Made by a program: the position numbers and the translations under genes. This document shows, in pieces, positions 1-14,000 of a DNA stretch of 64,000 nt. How positions within the stretch are numbered: the first letter of the stretch is position 1; the number at the start of each line of letters is the position of its first letter. The notes below the pieces were generated by a model that worked only from the letters and a program-made list of their open reading frames with translations, made no database searches and was not told the origin of the DNA. Source of the DNA: the human T2T-CHM13v2.0 reference genome, Homo sapiens; assembly GCF_009914755.1 (NCBI RefSeq), contig NC_060933.1; one strand, 5' to 3'.

Positions 1-515
1 ACTTTCTCCTCCAATTTCTGCTTCTTTTGGTGACTCTAGAGCCTTTGAGTGGGTAGGTCTGATAGAAGCTTCTCAGCACTTACCAGAAGTGAAACTCAGC
101 ATCTATCTTTCAAATCCATGAAATTATATTATCTATATATTAACAGAGCATTAATCTGTTTAATACAAATACTTTGTATTTGTCAAAGTTTTTGTAAATT
201 CATTTAGGATTTTTCTCCTTTTAAAATATATAAGGAGTCTCACTTTTGAAAGTCCAGTCTCTTAGCTCCCAGAATGAGGAGAACCTGAGCTTAACTTTAG
301 CTGCTCTCTCTGCCTCTGAGTTCACACTGGAGGTTCACATGTCCCATCTTAGATTACAGGCCTGGGAAAGCTTAGCAGAGTTACCTTTCTCTCAAGGTAT
401 AATTTTAGGATATAGCCCAATACACCCAACAAATAAACAAGGAGGAAATAAGAAAAGTGAAGGCTTCTAGGACTCAAGGAAAAATAAATCAGAAAATATC
501 CTCAGCATCAGATTC

Positions 516-810
516 TTTTGTTTTTTTGAGATGGAGTCTCGCTCTGTCACCCAGGCTGAAGTGCAATGGCACGATCTTGGCTCACTGCAGCCTCTGCCTC
601 CCAGGGTTCAAGCGATTCTCCTGCTTCAGCCTCTCTAGTAGCTGGGATTATAAGCACCCACCACCATGCCCGGCTAATTTTTGTATGTTTAGTAGAGGTG
701 GGGTTTCACCATGTTGGCCGGACTGATCTTGATCTCCTGACCTCAAGTGATCCACCTGCCTCAGCCTCCCAAAGTGCTGGGATTACAGGCATGAGCCACC
801 AATTCCCACC
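516..810 (-). mobile_element. Alu SINE (AluS class)
   Basis: T-tract then GAGATGGAGTCTCGCTCTGTCACCCAGGCT ... CCTCCCAAAGTGCTGGGATTACAGGCATGAGCCACC; AGATTCTT on both flanks (residual TSD). Confidence 0.95.
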
Positions 811-1349
811 ACAAGAGATTCTTAAAGCTACAGATGGGAGGGGCTGGGGCGGTCAGAGAAGGCCTCACCTCTGGCCCATGCTTCTGCACCGGGGAATTTG
901 TCTCTGCATTCTCATCCCTGTCTGGGCTGCACTGAGCTTGTTTCAGCAGCACTGAATGCCATCCACTTCTTTGTAATGTCTAGCTTTTGCTTGGAACATT
1001 TTTGCCTGTGGTGGAACATTGCATTCAGCTCTTCTCCAGGAGGTAGGGACAAAGATGGCTTTGCTGGAAACAAAAAGTGAGGCTTTTCCTCTTAAGTCAA
1101 TTGGAGCTTATTATAATTTATTAAAAGTGCAATTCTGGTCTGAACCTGAAATGGTGATAATGGCTTAATGGTCACATAAATGAGTGTTGAAATATGCACA
1201 GCTGAAAAGGGACTCACAATAAAAGTGGAGAAGAGGTAATGATGCAGAAAGAGGACCAAAGTTTCTGATTAAAGTCATACCTAATCCACTGTGGAGGTTA
1301 TCACCAAAAATTAGAGAAACTATTTGCTTACAGGGAGATTGGTAGTGTG

Positions 1350-1351
<2 letters not shown>

Positions 1352-1383
<32 letters not shown>
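1352..1383. repeat. (GT)16 microsatellite
   Basis: Uninterrupted GT dinucleotide run seen directly. Confidence 0.97.
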
Positions 1384-1385
<2 letters not shown>

Positions 1386-1549
1386 AGGGGGAAGGGTGGA
1401 TGTGGGAAGATGTGTAATATGAGAATGGGCTAATTAGAGAGACTGGAGGAAAATTCAGGATCTTCCCACTCACTCGTTTTCTCTTCAACTTCTATACCCA
1501 TTTTTTTTTTTAACCAAAAAAGCACAGACCCAACTTATGGTGTATTGCA

Positions 1550-1735
1550 AATAGTCAAGATTCGGATTCAAGCAGCCCTACCACTTTCTATCTATGTGGC
1601 CTCATTTTTCTAATCTGAATAATGTGAAAATGATAAGCAAAGCTGAAGGACTGCTGTGACAACAGCAGATAAGATAAACTGAATGAGATAAACTGTCCAA
1701 ACATACCTAATACAGTGCCTGGCAATAGTAGCTGC
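1550..1735 (+). mobile_element. MIR SINE relic
   Basis: Degenerate MIR core (GCCTCATTTTTCTAATCTG) and 3' part (TACAGTGCCTGGCAATAGTAG). Confidence 0.5.
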
Positions 1736-1939
1736 TGAAGCTGGCTTAGTTTAGTCTCCTATCACCCTTATCTCCTGCTCAGCCAGGCCAGTTTCTTTTA
1801 CCCCTAATTCAAGTGGTAATTGAATTTGTTGTTACGGTTCTAGCATTTCTGTGTTGCATAAAATTACAAACTCATATAATATTTAACGTGGACCGATCAT
1901 AAAGTTCAAGGGACTTACCCACCATCTTTCAATTTGTTA

Positions 1940-2460
1940 TTGAATCAACAAGTATTTATTTAACTCTGTGTGCCAACCATGCTAAGCATTAGGATAGGGC
2001 AGTGAACGATATTGACCCATTGCTTGTTGTTTGTGGAGCTTATAAACCAGTAGAGAGAAAGAAACCTTAAGCAAACTGTTATTACAGGTGATCCATGAGA
2101 ACAGTGCTCCGTGGTAAGAAGGAGAAGGGAAGAGCTCAGCAAGTGAGCACAATGGTGAACTTGATATAGACGTGGGTGTCAGGGAGGAGAGCCCCAGAGA
2201 AGTGGCTTTGGGTTGAGCCCTGGAGGATGAGGAGGAGTTAGTTTGGTGAAGAGTGGGAAGAAAGGAGAGAAGACACCTTTGAGGAGCTGAAAGGTGTCAA
2301 TGTAGCTGGATAGGGATGGGATGAGTGGGGAAGGGTTGAGGGAGTTGTGAAAGTTGGCTGGCTGGGAGCTGTTGGGAGGAGAAGCTCAGGAGAAGTTGAA
2401 GAGGTGAGGTAGGCAGGGGCCAGATCATGCCATAGAGGCATGTCAAGGCATCTGACAGCA
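1940..2460 (-). mobile_element. L2 LINE 3' relic
   Basis: TCAACAAGTATTTATT ... TGTGCCA ... CAGTGAAC ... GGAGCTTATA and GGGGCCAGATCATG resemble the reverse L2 3' end; boundaries approximate. Confidence 0.55.
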
Positions 2461-3714
2461 CAAGACAAAAACAATGTACAGAACAGGACTTCCTTTCCTT
2501 GGGTCTTCTGGATGGTTCTCTGCTGCCCTCTATGTTAATCCAGGGCTGTGAAATTCTCTGTAGCGTAAGCATACGAAACTAGTTGAGGGTCTCAAGCTAA
2601 CATTTTAAAGGAATCAAAATTAAGAAGTCATTTCTCTCCAAATGGATTAATGAAATGCCAAATAATGGATCTGAGTGCTGTTGAAATGTCGGAGTGCTCT
2701 TGCTCCTTTCTAGTTGGCAACAGGCCGGAGTTGAATGTTGACAGCAAATTGTACAGATTTTTATTTTCTTAAAAAAACAACTTACTTAACCTGCTTTTGA
2801 GAATGTTCTCGGAGAATGCTTCTTTAGAATCTCTATATACAGTGCATGTTAACGGCAGGGAATCCCTCATAGAAACTCAAATAAGCAACTCTGGAATTAA
2901 ATTAGCCCCCAGCTATCTTAAGCAAATATCCTACAAGGGCAATTGTGTTATCTAACTGGCCAGTTGATTCTTGACTTTTTCAGCTTCAAGAAAGAATTTA
3001 AATGGCATCCCTGTGTGTTACTCTCATTTCAAATCCTCTGGAGCAGATAAACATTATCATGAAACTGGCCAAGGATGAAATTTAAATAAGTAGTGATTGG
3101 AAACGATGACAGTAAGAGTTTCCAACCCACAAAAACAGACAAATTAGTTTAATTAACTGCAAAATTTGGAGGACAAAGATACGGGGAAAATTATTTATGT
3201 CGATGTGTAATGCATGCTCAATATTTTTGTAAACAAACGTGTTAGGAAAAAGAAATCCTACCAGTATAATTAATCCTTAAAAATGTACCACCAAAGAGCG
3301 ACTTGGAGCCAAGAACATGTTTTTGTCCTTGTAAGTTACTGTCCCTTTAAATGGCAATACAAATGGAAGACCTGTCCTCACCAAAGAGGGTCTTCCTCTG
3401 TTGTGCCATCACACTACACTGCCAGACTGTGATTCAACCATCGTGTGTATTCGTTTGGGGATCATGATGGTTTCTCATGTGGTTGAATCATTGTCTGAAT
3501 AGAGAAAATAGAGGCTGACTTCATGTTGGAAGCAGCCATGTTTTACTGACGATTGGAGGGAAAAGAACTTTAAATAGATAGCAGGGCATACCATGCAGTA
3601 GTACAAAGCCATGACATTGGCCCAATAGTTAGCAAGAGATATCTGCAAAACCATGTGGATAGCTAATTCTACATCTCTCCTCCCTCATTATGAAGCCAGG
3701 GTGTTCTTTTCAAA

Positions 3715-3927
3715 AAATTTTTAATCTCAATAGATACAGGTGTTTTTTGGTTATATGGATAAATTGTATAGTGGTGAAATTTGAGATTTCAGTGCACCTA
3801 TCACTGTAGTAATACACACTTTACCCAACATGTAGTTTTTTTAATTCCTCACCCTTCTCTCACCTTACCTCCTTCTGAGTTCCCAATATTCATTATACCA
3901 CTGTGTATGGCTTTGCATACCCAGCTT
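3715..3927 (-). mobile_element. L1PB-type LINE-1 3' UTR fragment
   Basis: GGTTATATGGATAAATTGTATAGTGGTGAAATTTGAGATTTCAGTGCACC ... matches the remembered L1PB 3' end. Confidence 0.75.
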
Positions 3928-4654
3928 GTTCTTTATGTAATTCTGTTATGCATGCACACATATGTGCACATTTAAACTCTGATTTGCTCTTCTGTTACTC
4001 TGGTTGTGTAGATGAGGACTTATCCTAATGTAATAAGTCAGAGATGAGTGTGTTTTAAATCTGGAGAACTAGGAGAACATTTTGGCAAGACCAGGGTGCA
4101 GTGTAGTTCATAGGGAAGATCTGTTGATTTTGTCTGCCCAGCAATCCTTTTCTAACTCCCCTGACTTTTCTCCCTCCTCCCCTCCCCACCTCTCCTTGCA
4201 CCACCCTCCTACTAGTCCCTGTGGAACAGGTAGAGCTGCCAATCACAATGTACCCTGGTTATGGACTGTAATTCTGGCCCTGGCCAATCGTAATACCCTA
4301 TTTCTCTAAACACAAGGATTAGTTCCATAGCAAATTTTATAATTTAAACAGAGACCATCAGAATTCATTCCTAGGAGTGGTATACAGATATTGGGAGAGG
4401 GAGTATCTTTCTGCTGGAGAAATAAGTTAGGAGGAAGTAACTCTAGGGCTGCTGTTTCCATCCTTTTTCAATCTGCAGGTGCCAAGCTGAGAAGAGTGAG
4501 ACACACAATTTTGGCATAGTTGAATCCCAAATTTCAGGTTCTGAGGCTCAGGTCCTTACAGTTCTTTCCTCCCCTCACCTCCCCTTCCCTCCCCTTCTCT
4601 TCGCTTTCTCCCCTCCCTCCCTCCCTCCCTCTCTTCTTTCCTTCCTTCCTTCTT

Positions 4655-5300
4655 TTCATTCAACAATTATTATTGAGGATTTATGATGTTTCAGACAATT
4701 TTTTAAGGGTGCAGGAAATTATGGTGAGAAAGATTGACAAGGTCTTAGTTTTCTTGATCCTGATATACTAGGGAGAGGAATTTGACAACATTAGTAAACA
4801 AATAATTACAATAACTGCAAATAAGGATAAGTACTATAAGGAGAATAAGATGAAGGGTGATGTAATAAAGTCTGGCTCAGGGATGAGAGGATAGATAATT
4901 TAGCTGGAGTGTTCAGGGAAAGCTTCTGTGAGGAGGTGATAATTGAGCTGATGCCAGAAGGACAAGAAAGAACTAACCATGCAGCAATCTGGAAGGCAAG
5001 AAGATCGGCAGAAGGCATAGCCAGAACAACAGTCTCACAAGGAAAAGCTTAGGGTGTTAAGAGCAGAAAAAGTAAATGATGGCAGAAAAAAGGGAAGTAG
5101 GCAGGAGAATGTGGAATAAGATGAGTTTGGAGACTGTGTAAAACTTATAGTCCCTGGCCAGGGATGAAATTTTATTCAAGTCGCTGCAGGAAGATTTTTA
5201 AAAGAAGAAGATGCCATGATCAAATTTGAATTTGAAAAGGATTACTTTGTCTATTATATGAAAATAATTACAGGGAGGAAAAAGTGAAAGCCAGAAAGCC
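4655..5300 (-). mobile_element. L2 LINE 3' relic, preceded by a CT-rich low-complexity tract (~4565-4655)
   Basis: TTCATTCAACAATTATTATTGAG start; CAGGGAAAGCTTCTGTGAGGAGGTGAT typical of L2. Confidence 0.6.
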
Positions 5301-5344
5301 AAGTCAGTGTTTTGCTCTTATATTAATTAGGATGATTGTCATTA

Positions 5345-5803
5345 TAACAAAATTAATCAGACTAGGATTGTATTATTATTAATACACAAACAGTCTCACG
5401 ATGACTCTCCAGCCTCACAAATATCATTGAGGACCCATGCTCTTTCTGTCTTTTAGTGTGTTATGCTCAGCATGTTAACTTGGCTTTTAGGCCTCTACGC
5501 TCTTGTTTACAAGACGGCTGCCTTGGATGGTTCTAGGCTTCTCAGGTAGATACACAATATCTAGATGATGAAGGGACTGTCCTCTAGTGATCCTCTTTTT
5601 CCTGGCAGTGACAACCCTCTCCAAAGCCTCTTCCCAACCCAGAGATCAGGAAAGGGTCACATGCCAAAGGGGCATAGAATCACTATGTTTGTATTAGACC
5701 CATTGTGGTTCATTCCTTTCCAGGAACACATGGAAGGGTGAACATCAAACAAAATAAGGATTTATCAACAAGGAGGCAGGGATGTAACTAATAGTGTCTG
5801 CCA
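5345..5803 (-). mobile_element. Old MaLR solo LTR (MLT1J/K/L-like)
   Basis: GGACCCATGCTCTTTCTGTC, CAAGACGGCTGCC, GGGTCACATGCC, terminal TAGTGTCTGCCA. Confidence 0.5.
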
Positions 5804-7172
5804 TGATTGATTTGATTACTCTGAATAATCCAGATAACTTAAAAAATACTTAAAAAAATTCCTACCATCCCTAATCTTTTTCCATGTTAATCTCTGATAG
5901 GCAGGAGAGACCTCATGATGCTAGAATATATGATGCTACTCTAAATACCTTTATCACCGTTTATTGACCTTTGAGAACTATAATCCATAGTAGACTTCTC
6001 TGAATTGTTATTTAACAACTCTTCTTGACCAAGGAGCCTTGTTTTTGTCATCTCTGAGTTGCGTGGGGCCAAAGATGGTGACTGGCAAGTTTAGGTCACA
6101 TTGTGGCTGTTTGTGGGTTGGTGCTTCTGGCAGTACTTTGAGATTGTTTTGGCTCATCACTCTCCTGGTCCATTCCCTCTTTCTTTTTATCTCTTTCACG
6201 TCACCTTCAATGCTGCTGCTGATCCTCCTTCACCGCATTGTTTATCCTCTATTTAGCTGCAAGAGAGTTATTTCTTAAGGAGCCCCCATACAGCAGTTCT
6301 GGTTTCCCTTCCAAAGCAGTACTGCTACTTCTATCCTAAGGGCGATCTCATCGTCCTTCATAACAGAGCCAGCATAGTCATTTCTTGCTGAAGTTAGTCT
6401 GACTTTGATTTCTGTCACTTGTTACCAATGTTCTGACCTAAATATATTTGTCTGTATAGATTGCATTCTAGATGGGGATAGAAAGATAAGTATAGATAAG
6501 CAAGGCTTAAAAAGGAAGATTGCTGTGTCCTAGTTAATCAGCTGAGTCAGGGACAGTGCTGGGCAGAATTTTTTTGGTTGTCAGTTTTGTGGTCTTTCCA
6601 CTTTCTTGAAGCCATTTTTGTGAAATTTTCTTCTCCAGCCAGCCTCAGTCTTTATTTAAAATTACTTAAGTCAGTGTCACCAGGCTTTCCCTAGGGAAAC
6701 AGGCAATGGCAAAGTCCACTCTTGCACAAAACTCTTGCAACTCTAGAGTCATGCTGTGCTGAGTCTCCAAACCAGAAATCCCCTTTAACTGGACCCTGTG
6801 TCTGACTTGATACAAAGTCAGGTAAATAGCTACTCAATTGGAGAGATTCAAGAAGTTACAAGACCTTCTTGCTTTCCATCTCTCCACAAGCAGCTGAAGT
6901 TACAATACCCCTAAAGGAAACAAAAATCCAACTGTCATCTGGGGAGGAGGGAGAAAGGATGCCCAATAACTCATTATCACGTTAGCTTGAATTTGTTCAT
7001 CACATTAGCTGATAAATGTATCACTCAAAGTGGACAGTAAATGGGCCACAGATTATACGCATTTTTAAAAGGCTGATGTTTGAGTAAAACGGAGTCTGGG
7101 ACAAGACGACAGCCTCTTGGGGTTAGAAGGAGTCCTCAAGTTTGTCTCGTTTTCTGTTTGAGACTTTGTAAT

Positions 7173-7720
7173 CCAGGGATGCATAATCTGGGGTATAGGC
7201 TTTAGAAGGTTCACAAACACCCTAGAATAACATGGAAGCTTTATGTGTCTGAAAAATTTTTGTTACAGTGGGTTTGCTATGGCTCGAATGTGTCTTCCAA
7301 AGTCCCCGAGTTAGAAACTTAAGCCCCAGTGTAACAGTGTTGGGAAGTGGAGTCTAATAAGAGGTGATTAGATAATGAGGGATTAATGTCACTATTGAGG
7401 TAGTGGGTTAATTATCAAGAGTGGCTTTGTTATAAAAGTGAGTTCAAGCCTTTCTGGCTCTGTCTTGTGGGTGCTCTGCTCTTTTGCTATGTGAGTCTCT
7501 CCACTATGTTATGATTCAGCAAGAAGGTCTTCACCAGATGCAGCCCCTTGACCTTGGACTTCCCAAACTTCAGAATTGTAAAAAATACATTTCTTTTCTT
7601 TCTAAGTTACCCAGTCTGTGGCATTCAGTTATAGCAATACAAAATAGACTAAGCCAGAGTTAATGGGTTTCATTAGATTTTCAAAATGCTTCTGTGACTA
7701 AAAAGGGTTAATGTCACTGA
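7173..7720. mobile_element. hAT-Charlie-like MER relic, interrupted by the MST LTR
   Basis: Terminus TTAGATTTTCAAAATGCTTCTGTGACTAAAAAGGGTTAATGTCACTG resembles Charlie/MER103-type ends. Confidence 0.4.
7275..7656 (+). mobile_element. MST (MaLR) solo LTR
   Basis: TGCTATGG...GAATGTGTC start, ACCTTGGACTTCCCA, AGCAATACAAAATAGACTAAGCCA end; 5-bp TSD GGGTT/GAGTT. Confidence 0.8.
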
Positions 7721-8158
7721 GGCCCAACCTCAACCCCTGCTTTTTATGAATTCTTATACATCAGAGCCCAGTGCAGGAAAATTCCAGTAGCAGAGAATTC
7801 CTCCCTTCCTCTCTCCTTCCCTCCCTGTCACTTTCCTCACTCCCTCTCCCTTTCCCTTTTGGATAGCAGCCAGCCTAGTGCCAGCTTCTCAAATTGGAGT
7901 ATGCAGGCCCCTAAGAAAATGTGAAGGGAGATGGGAGGCTTCAGGATAAACATGGACCATTTTCCCAGAATGATACTTTTGCTTAAAGATTTTGATGAAA
8001 ACTTTATTCTAGTACTTAAGAAAAATACTAATCTAAGATAATAGAGCAAGCATGTAAAACCAACATGAATTTGAGAGCCAAAACATTATACTGACTTACA
8101 CTCAGCAACTCCTCTGGGCTCTGTCTATTCACCTTGATGTATCATTTCACTCTTGCTA

Positions 8159-8548
<390 letters not shown>

Positions 8549-8554
8549 CAGTCT

Positions 8555-8745
8555 GTAGAGTAGAAGAACCTAGCTCTACCTCCTGTTAGCTCTGTGTCCT
8601 TGAGAAAATAGTTTTAGCTTCTGGGAGGCATCTTTTCCTCATCTATTAAATAAGGATAATAAAACCTCCCTTACATAAGAGTTGTGGGTTTCAAGGAAAT
8701 GAGGACTGAAGGGCCCTTGGCTCACAGTAGGCCTGTTCTAAATGG
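8555..8745 (+). mobile_element. MIR SINE relic
   Basis: TTAGCTCTGTGTCCTTGAG ... TTTTCCTCATCTATTAAATAAGGATAATAA ... TGGCTCACAGTAGG. Confidence 0.65.
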
Positions 8746-8879
8746 CACTTTCCCCTCTATTTACATGATAAGCTGTAACCTGCCTCATGGAAACTCTCTC
8801 ACTGGTCTTAGTTTTGTCTTCTGGGATCTTGGGAGTAAGTATATCCAATTCCTCCCCTTGCAACCCAATCCTTCAGTCA

Positions 8880-9200
8880 TATTTTTGAAAATGTGCTAAA
8901 ATATGCATAATATAAAATTTACTGTTTTAACCATTTTAAGGTATACAATTTGGAGACATGTTGACATTCACAATGTTGTACAACCATCACCACTATCTAG
9001 TTTTAGAACCTTTCTATCACAAACAGAACACCAGTGCCCAAACAGAAGCCCCAGACCCATGAAGCCATCACTCTCCATTCCCCCTGCCCCAGCCAGTGGC
9101 AACCAATAATCTGCTTTCTGTCTCTATGGATCTGCCTTTTCTGGCTGTTTCATATAAACAGAATCATAGAATTCATGGCTTTTAGTGTATAGTTTCTGCT
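8880..9200 (-). mobile_element. L1MB-type 3' fragment
   Basis: CATTCACAATGTTGTACAACCATCACCACTATCTAG; GGCAACCAATAATCTGCTTTCTGTCTCTATGGAT. Confidence 0.75.
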
Positions 9201-10584
9201 TTCCTCAAGCTCTCAGAAATGCAAGACCAAGAAGAGCTCAGGCTAGAGGAAGGCAGTGTGCACTAAGAGAGGCAAAGACAAGCATATTTCACCTCACAAT
9301 GTAGCCCCGGCCCCCTACCCCTGTTCCTACACCTGGTAGTCAAAGTCTAGCCATGTTGCAGCAGGCCACAGGGCCTGGCACCAGCATCTGCATCATTCAT
9401 CTGAACGATGAGTCTGAGGCCAGGGGCACTGCTAGATCCAAGGTCGGCTTGGGCAGCAGGTGCCTGGGAAGCGATCGTTCAGGCTGGCAGAGTCCAGCTG
9501 GATGCTGTGCGCTGTTTATCCTTGTATGGCACAACAGAGCCTCGTTACAGGAGCAGCACTTGGGCACACATTCACAGGAAAGACAAACCAGCCTGGCCTG
9601 GCCGTGGCCTTTGGAAAGACAGAGTCTGCTAATGTGTGCAGCCAGTGAGCTGCATGGGTAATTAAATCACTCCCAAGGAAAACCTTGTTTCAGCACTAAA
9701 GGTCACAGCTATGATTTGTCTGTGATTCTTTGTCAATACGTTTTTCTAACCAAGTACCACATAAAGAGTCCATTATATGGGCTTTGGTGCTGCCTGCACG
9801 CCCAGGGATGGGAACGGAAAAATCTGTGGGCTGGCCCTGTTAAACGCACCGTTTAACACGGTACAATTGCTCTCCAGCCTCAAGTCTGCCTTTTGTTTAC
9901 TCAAGACCTAATTCACGTGGGGGGCTGGGAAATTAGTGTAACTAGAAGTTTAGGGTCTCATAAAAGGCTTTAACTAGTTTCACAAAGATATTCACAGATG
10001 GCTGCACAGTAAACATTGTAAAGGACCAGAGCTGGGTGAGAAGTTGAGAGAATGGAGCCCTAAATTGTGCTTGTGTTCTCTCTCACGGTTTTGAGTTGGT
10101 AACAGTGAATCACTGGGATAGGCACCAGGATTTCTTTTTTCCCCTGGGCCCTTTCCTGTCCTTTCTCACAGAGAGGACCTGGAGAAACCGCTGCATCAAA
10201 CACCAGCTCAGGGCTTGAGAGTTGCAGGCACTTTCACAACCTCCTTTAGGAAGCCAGGTGTTGAGTGATGGCTCAAGCAATTGGGCCCCATCTGTGGTAG
10301 CAGGAATGCTCCAGAATCACAGGTAGCATTGACCATGGTTATCAAAACTCCGTAGAAACCAAAGAGAGTTCCTGGTGGCTCAAGGAACAGCCCAAGTAGA
10401 GAAGAGTCTCCCTCAAGCTGATGGAAACTCTAACTCAGACCCCATCTCCTCCAGGAAGCCTTAAATAATCTAGAAGCTTTATTTTTCTCTCAAGTAATGT
10501 TAAAGCAGGGCAGCTTCATGATAGTGTCAGAGACTGAGGCCCCTTTCATCCTTTTGTTCTTCTACTTTTTAGTGCATGCTTTTT

Positions 10585-11035
10585 GTTTTAGCTGGGACTA
10601 GGTTTGTTGCATTTAATGTAAGAAATGAAAAAAAAATCCTTTTAATTTATCTGTTATGTGAAAGAAGTCTAGAGGAAGGCAGTACAGTTTGGTGAGTCCT
10701 TGATGTCATCAGGGACCAGATTCCTTCTAGATTATTACTCTGCTCTGCCTGGAGCTCTTATTCTCAGGTCTTGGATGGCCATCTCCTCCATTAGATCTGA
10801 GTTCCAGGCAACACACAATGAAGGAAGGAGAAGGGGACATTCCAACTTTGTTAAGGAGACTTCTCAGAAGCCTCACATTCATTGGCAGAACTTAGTTCCA
10901 TGGTTACACTTTACTGAGAGAGACGCTGGAAAAAGTCTTGTAGCTGGACACATTGTTGGATCCAACAATATGTGCTCTTTGCTGAGGAAGACAGTGAGAA
11001 TGGATTTGGGTAGGCAACTAGCAGTTTCTATTTCA
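10585..11035 (-). mobile_element. Old MaLR solo LTR (MLT1-like)
   Basis: AAGTCTAGAGGAAGGCAG, TCATCAGGGACCAGATTCCTTCTAG, GGGTAGGCAACTAGCAGT. Confidence 0.5.
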
Positions 11036-14000
11036 ACCCTTGCAGTCTGTCCCACTAGCTTGCCAAACCTTTTTAGACATGTCTGAATCATTAGGAGTGA
11101 GCAGTAGAAGGCTTTGGCTCAAAATATGATGCTAGCTATATGTATAACGCACAGATCGTAATGCCTGGCTCAAAGAAAGTACACAAAAAATGTAGGTTTC
11201 CTTCTTCTCCTTTTCACAGTACCTGGACCAGAGGTTAATCTTCAATGCCCTGCTTTCTGGTTGATTGATTCCCCTTATTCTAAGCAAGCTTTTAAGATAA
11301 CAATTCTTCCCTGAAATACCTCCTGTGTTAGAATAGTTCTGTGTGTGTGCTGCAGACTCATGAAAAGGAGGGGAATCCAGAAGAGCACCCATTGCAAACG
11401 TGTCAGGGGCCAGAGCTGGTACTGAGATTAGGAAAAAAAACCCCACAGAGTTCGCAGACAGGGAGATAAGGATGAAGGTAGCCAATGGTTGAGATCAAAC
11501 TAAGGCAAAGTGGTAATTTCATTGATTTGTCCTGAAATGCGTGTAGAAGACTGAGCCCATGATTTGGAGCCAGGATACAAGATTCAAATCTTGTTCCATC
11601 ATAAACTTGACCTTTGGCTTCAGTTTCCTCATTTATGCAGCAAAGAGGTTAGACTTTCTAGCAACCAGCTCATGAGGCTGGCTCTCTTGGGTCAGGGATG
11701 TTGGGGGTTTCAGGATGATCCCATATGGTTCATCTGGCAGGGCTCACTGGCAGGTTAGGAGTCCATTGAGAGGATGAGTCTGAAGGAAAATTCTGGGTGG
11801 AATTTAGGAAATGGAGCATAAAAGCTGAAAGCCAGCAAGGCAGGACAAATAGAATGTGGAGGTGGAGAAGGTCAGCCTCAGAGGAAATGGGAGAAATAAG
11901 TTTGGAAATTGAGGTAGCCAGAAATCAAAGTACTCAGGGGTCAAATCAGCTGTAAAAATGAGTTCAAGGCAGGTGATCCATCTTCCCAACGTCTGTCTTA
12001 CATCTGAGCTTCTTGGACCTGGGATATGTTCTGGAAGTGGGGAAGCTGTCAGGATAGGACTACATGTTGTTTGGGTCTCCGGTGGCTCTAAAATTGCTGT
12101 GATTCTAGGTTGAATGAAGAGCAGATACAATTCTGCAAGAACACGAGCTATTTCCTGGGAGCTGGTGCCTCTTCACTTTCTAGTGCTACCTGCTGTTGTG
12201 TTGGGCCACAAGCTTCTCTGACTCCAGAATAGGAATGGGCAGTATTAATTTCAGGATATTCAAAGAAAAACAAGGTCTCTGTCAGGTTGAGATGAATGGG
12301 TTGGTCCAAACCAAAAGATTGTGGAGAGTAGCTGTGCTCCTTTAGCTTTTAGGAGGATAAACCGTGTGTTGTGTTTCTCTGGTTTGGGGAAAGAAAATGT
12401 GGAGGTGAAGAGGTAGGAATGAGCAAAGACAAAGAAACTTGCAGAACAATTTAAGTATTAGATTTTAAAATTCTAGGTAGGCAAATCTTCTTCACTGGGA
12501 AAGGAAAGACAGATGATTATATTTCCTGAGGATAGTAAGAATTTTTCAGGTACTCTCAAATAAGCAAGCAGAATCAGGTGTGAGCTTCCAAATAGTGTTT
12601 TTTCAACTTTCCTTAGGCTAGGATTTCAAAATGCTGCTCCAAATACAGAAATCACTGGGCTCTTTATCCAAATTCTCAGGAACTCTTCTGCACAGAATCC
12701 CTCCTAGTTTCTGACGCTCTGGTGTTTGATTTGATGGATGGCATGTGTAATAGGCAGGAGCAGGAGGATAAAACCAAGGACTATATTTCTCCTGCAAGAA
12801 ACAAGAGCAAGCCTCTCATGTTATGGACATTTATTCTATCATGGGAGAAGATGGGAAGACAGGGCTTTTGAAGCAAACCCGGTCCAACACCCTGCTGAAC
12901 TGACCTGCGCCCAGCTCGGCCTGAAGGGATTTCTTGATATGATGAGAGAAAAACTGAGAGGAGTGTGTTTTAGACAAAACGAAAGGCATTTCTGTTTGCT
13001 TCTCTCTTGTATGTCTTGTGACGCTATCAAAAAATAGAATCAGGATGTGCTTTGGCAGTTAGACATTTATATTTCCAGCTGGACTCAAATAATTTTTAGA
13101 ATCTATTTACAACAAGTATAGAGTCATACTTTTTTTTCACGTTAGGAGAAAACTACCTTGTTGGCATGGTAAATAGCAAATGAGTCAAAGGACTCTGAGA
13201 AATAATATTTTGAATGTTTAGAATAACATTTTGAAGGTTAAATCATTAACACTAATGATTTGTTATATTAATTTCACCCAAACTATAGCCTAAGATACAT
13301 AGGGAAGAAATATGTCAATTTTCCATCATCTGCAAGATTTTCAAAAGTAATTTGAGAAAAATATAGCAATCTACAATTCTGGCAATATTTTCTTTAACGA
13401 AGAATAGCCAGTGAGCAGGTCAAGGAATACCTTTTGTGATGCATTTTCAGATATTACAGTGTATGTTGATTATTTCCTTTAAAGTTGCAAGGAAGATACA
13501 TGGATAAGTAAATGAATAAAAAATGATCTCTTTTCAAGAAGGCAAGATATATACAGAAAAATAGAACACATAGCTGCCTACAATAAATGCCAAACAAGAA
13601 GCCTCAGAACTTCTGAACAGAAGTTCTATTAAGAGCTTCACCATCTGCCTGATAACCCAGGAATGGAATTTTGGGGTCATCTTTAACTTACCCCTTTCCC
13701 TTGGACCATGATATGTGTTCCCAACTCTAGGCTTTTATTTGTGTTGATTCCTTCCCTGGAATCCCCTCTGCTCATCCTTCACATCCCTTAAGACTCAGGT
13801 CAAATGCCAACTCTTGCATGAAGACTTCCCTGATGTCCTCTGTACAAAGTAACTTCTGAAGCTTAAACCTGCTTGCAAAATTCTAGTGATCTAGAGGAGA
13901 CCACATAGAAACTATCTTTTGTCTAAGCTGGAGAAAGAAACCAGAGAGGTTTTACTTTTCCCCTGCAGGATTCACAGCTGAGCTGGCTCTGCTAACCCTC

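Noticed and set aside
457-955. ORFs of 60-130 aa here and at 8156, 19531, 33348, 34609, 37845, 39800, 41757, 44476 and 55776
   Set aside because: Translations are standard Alu read-through peptides (e.g. [19 protein letters not shown]), not genes.
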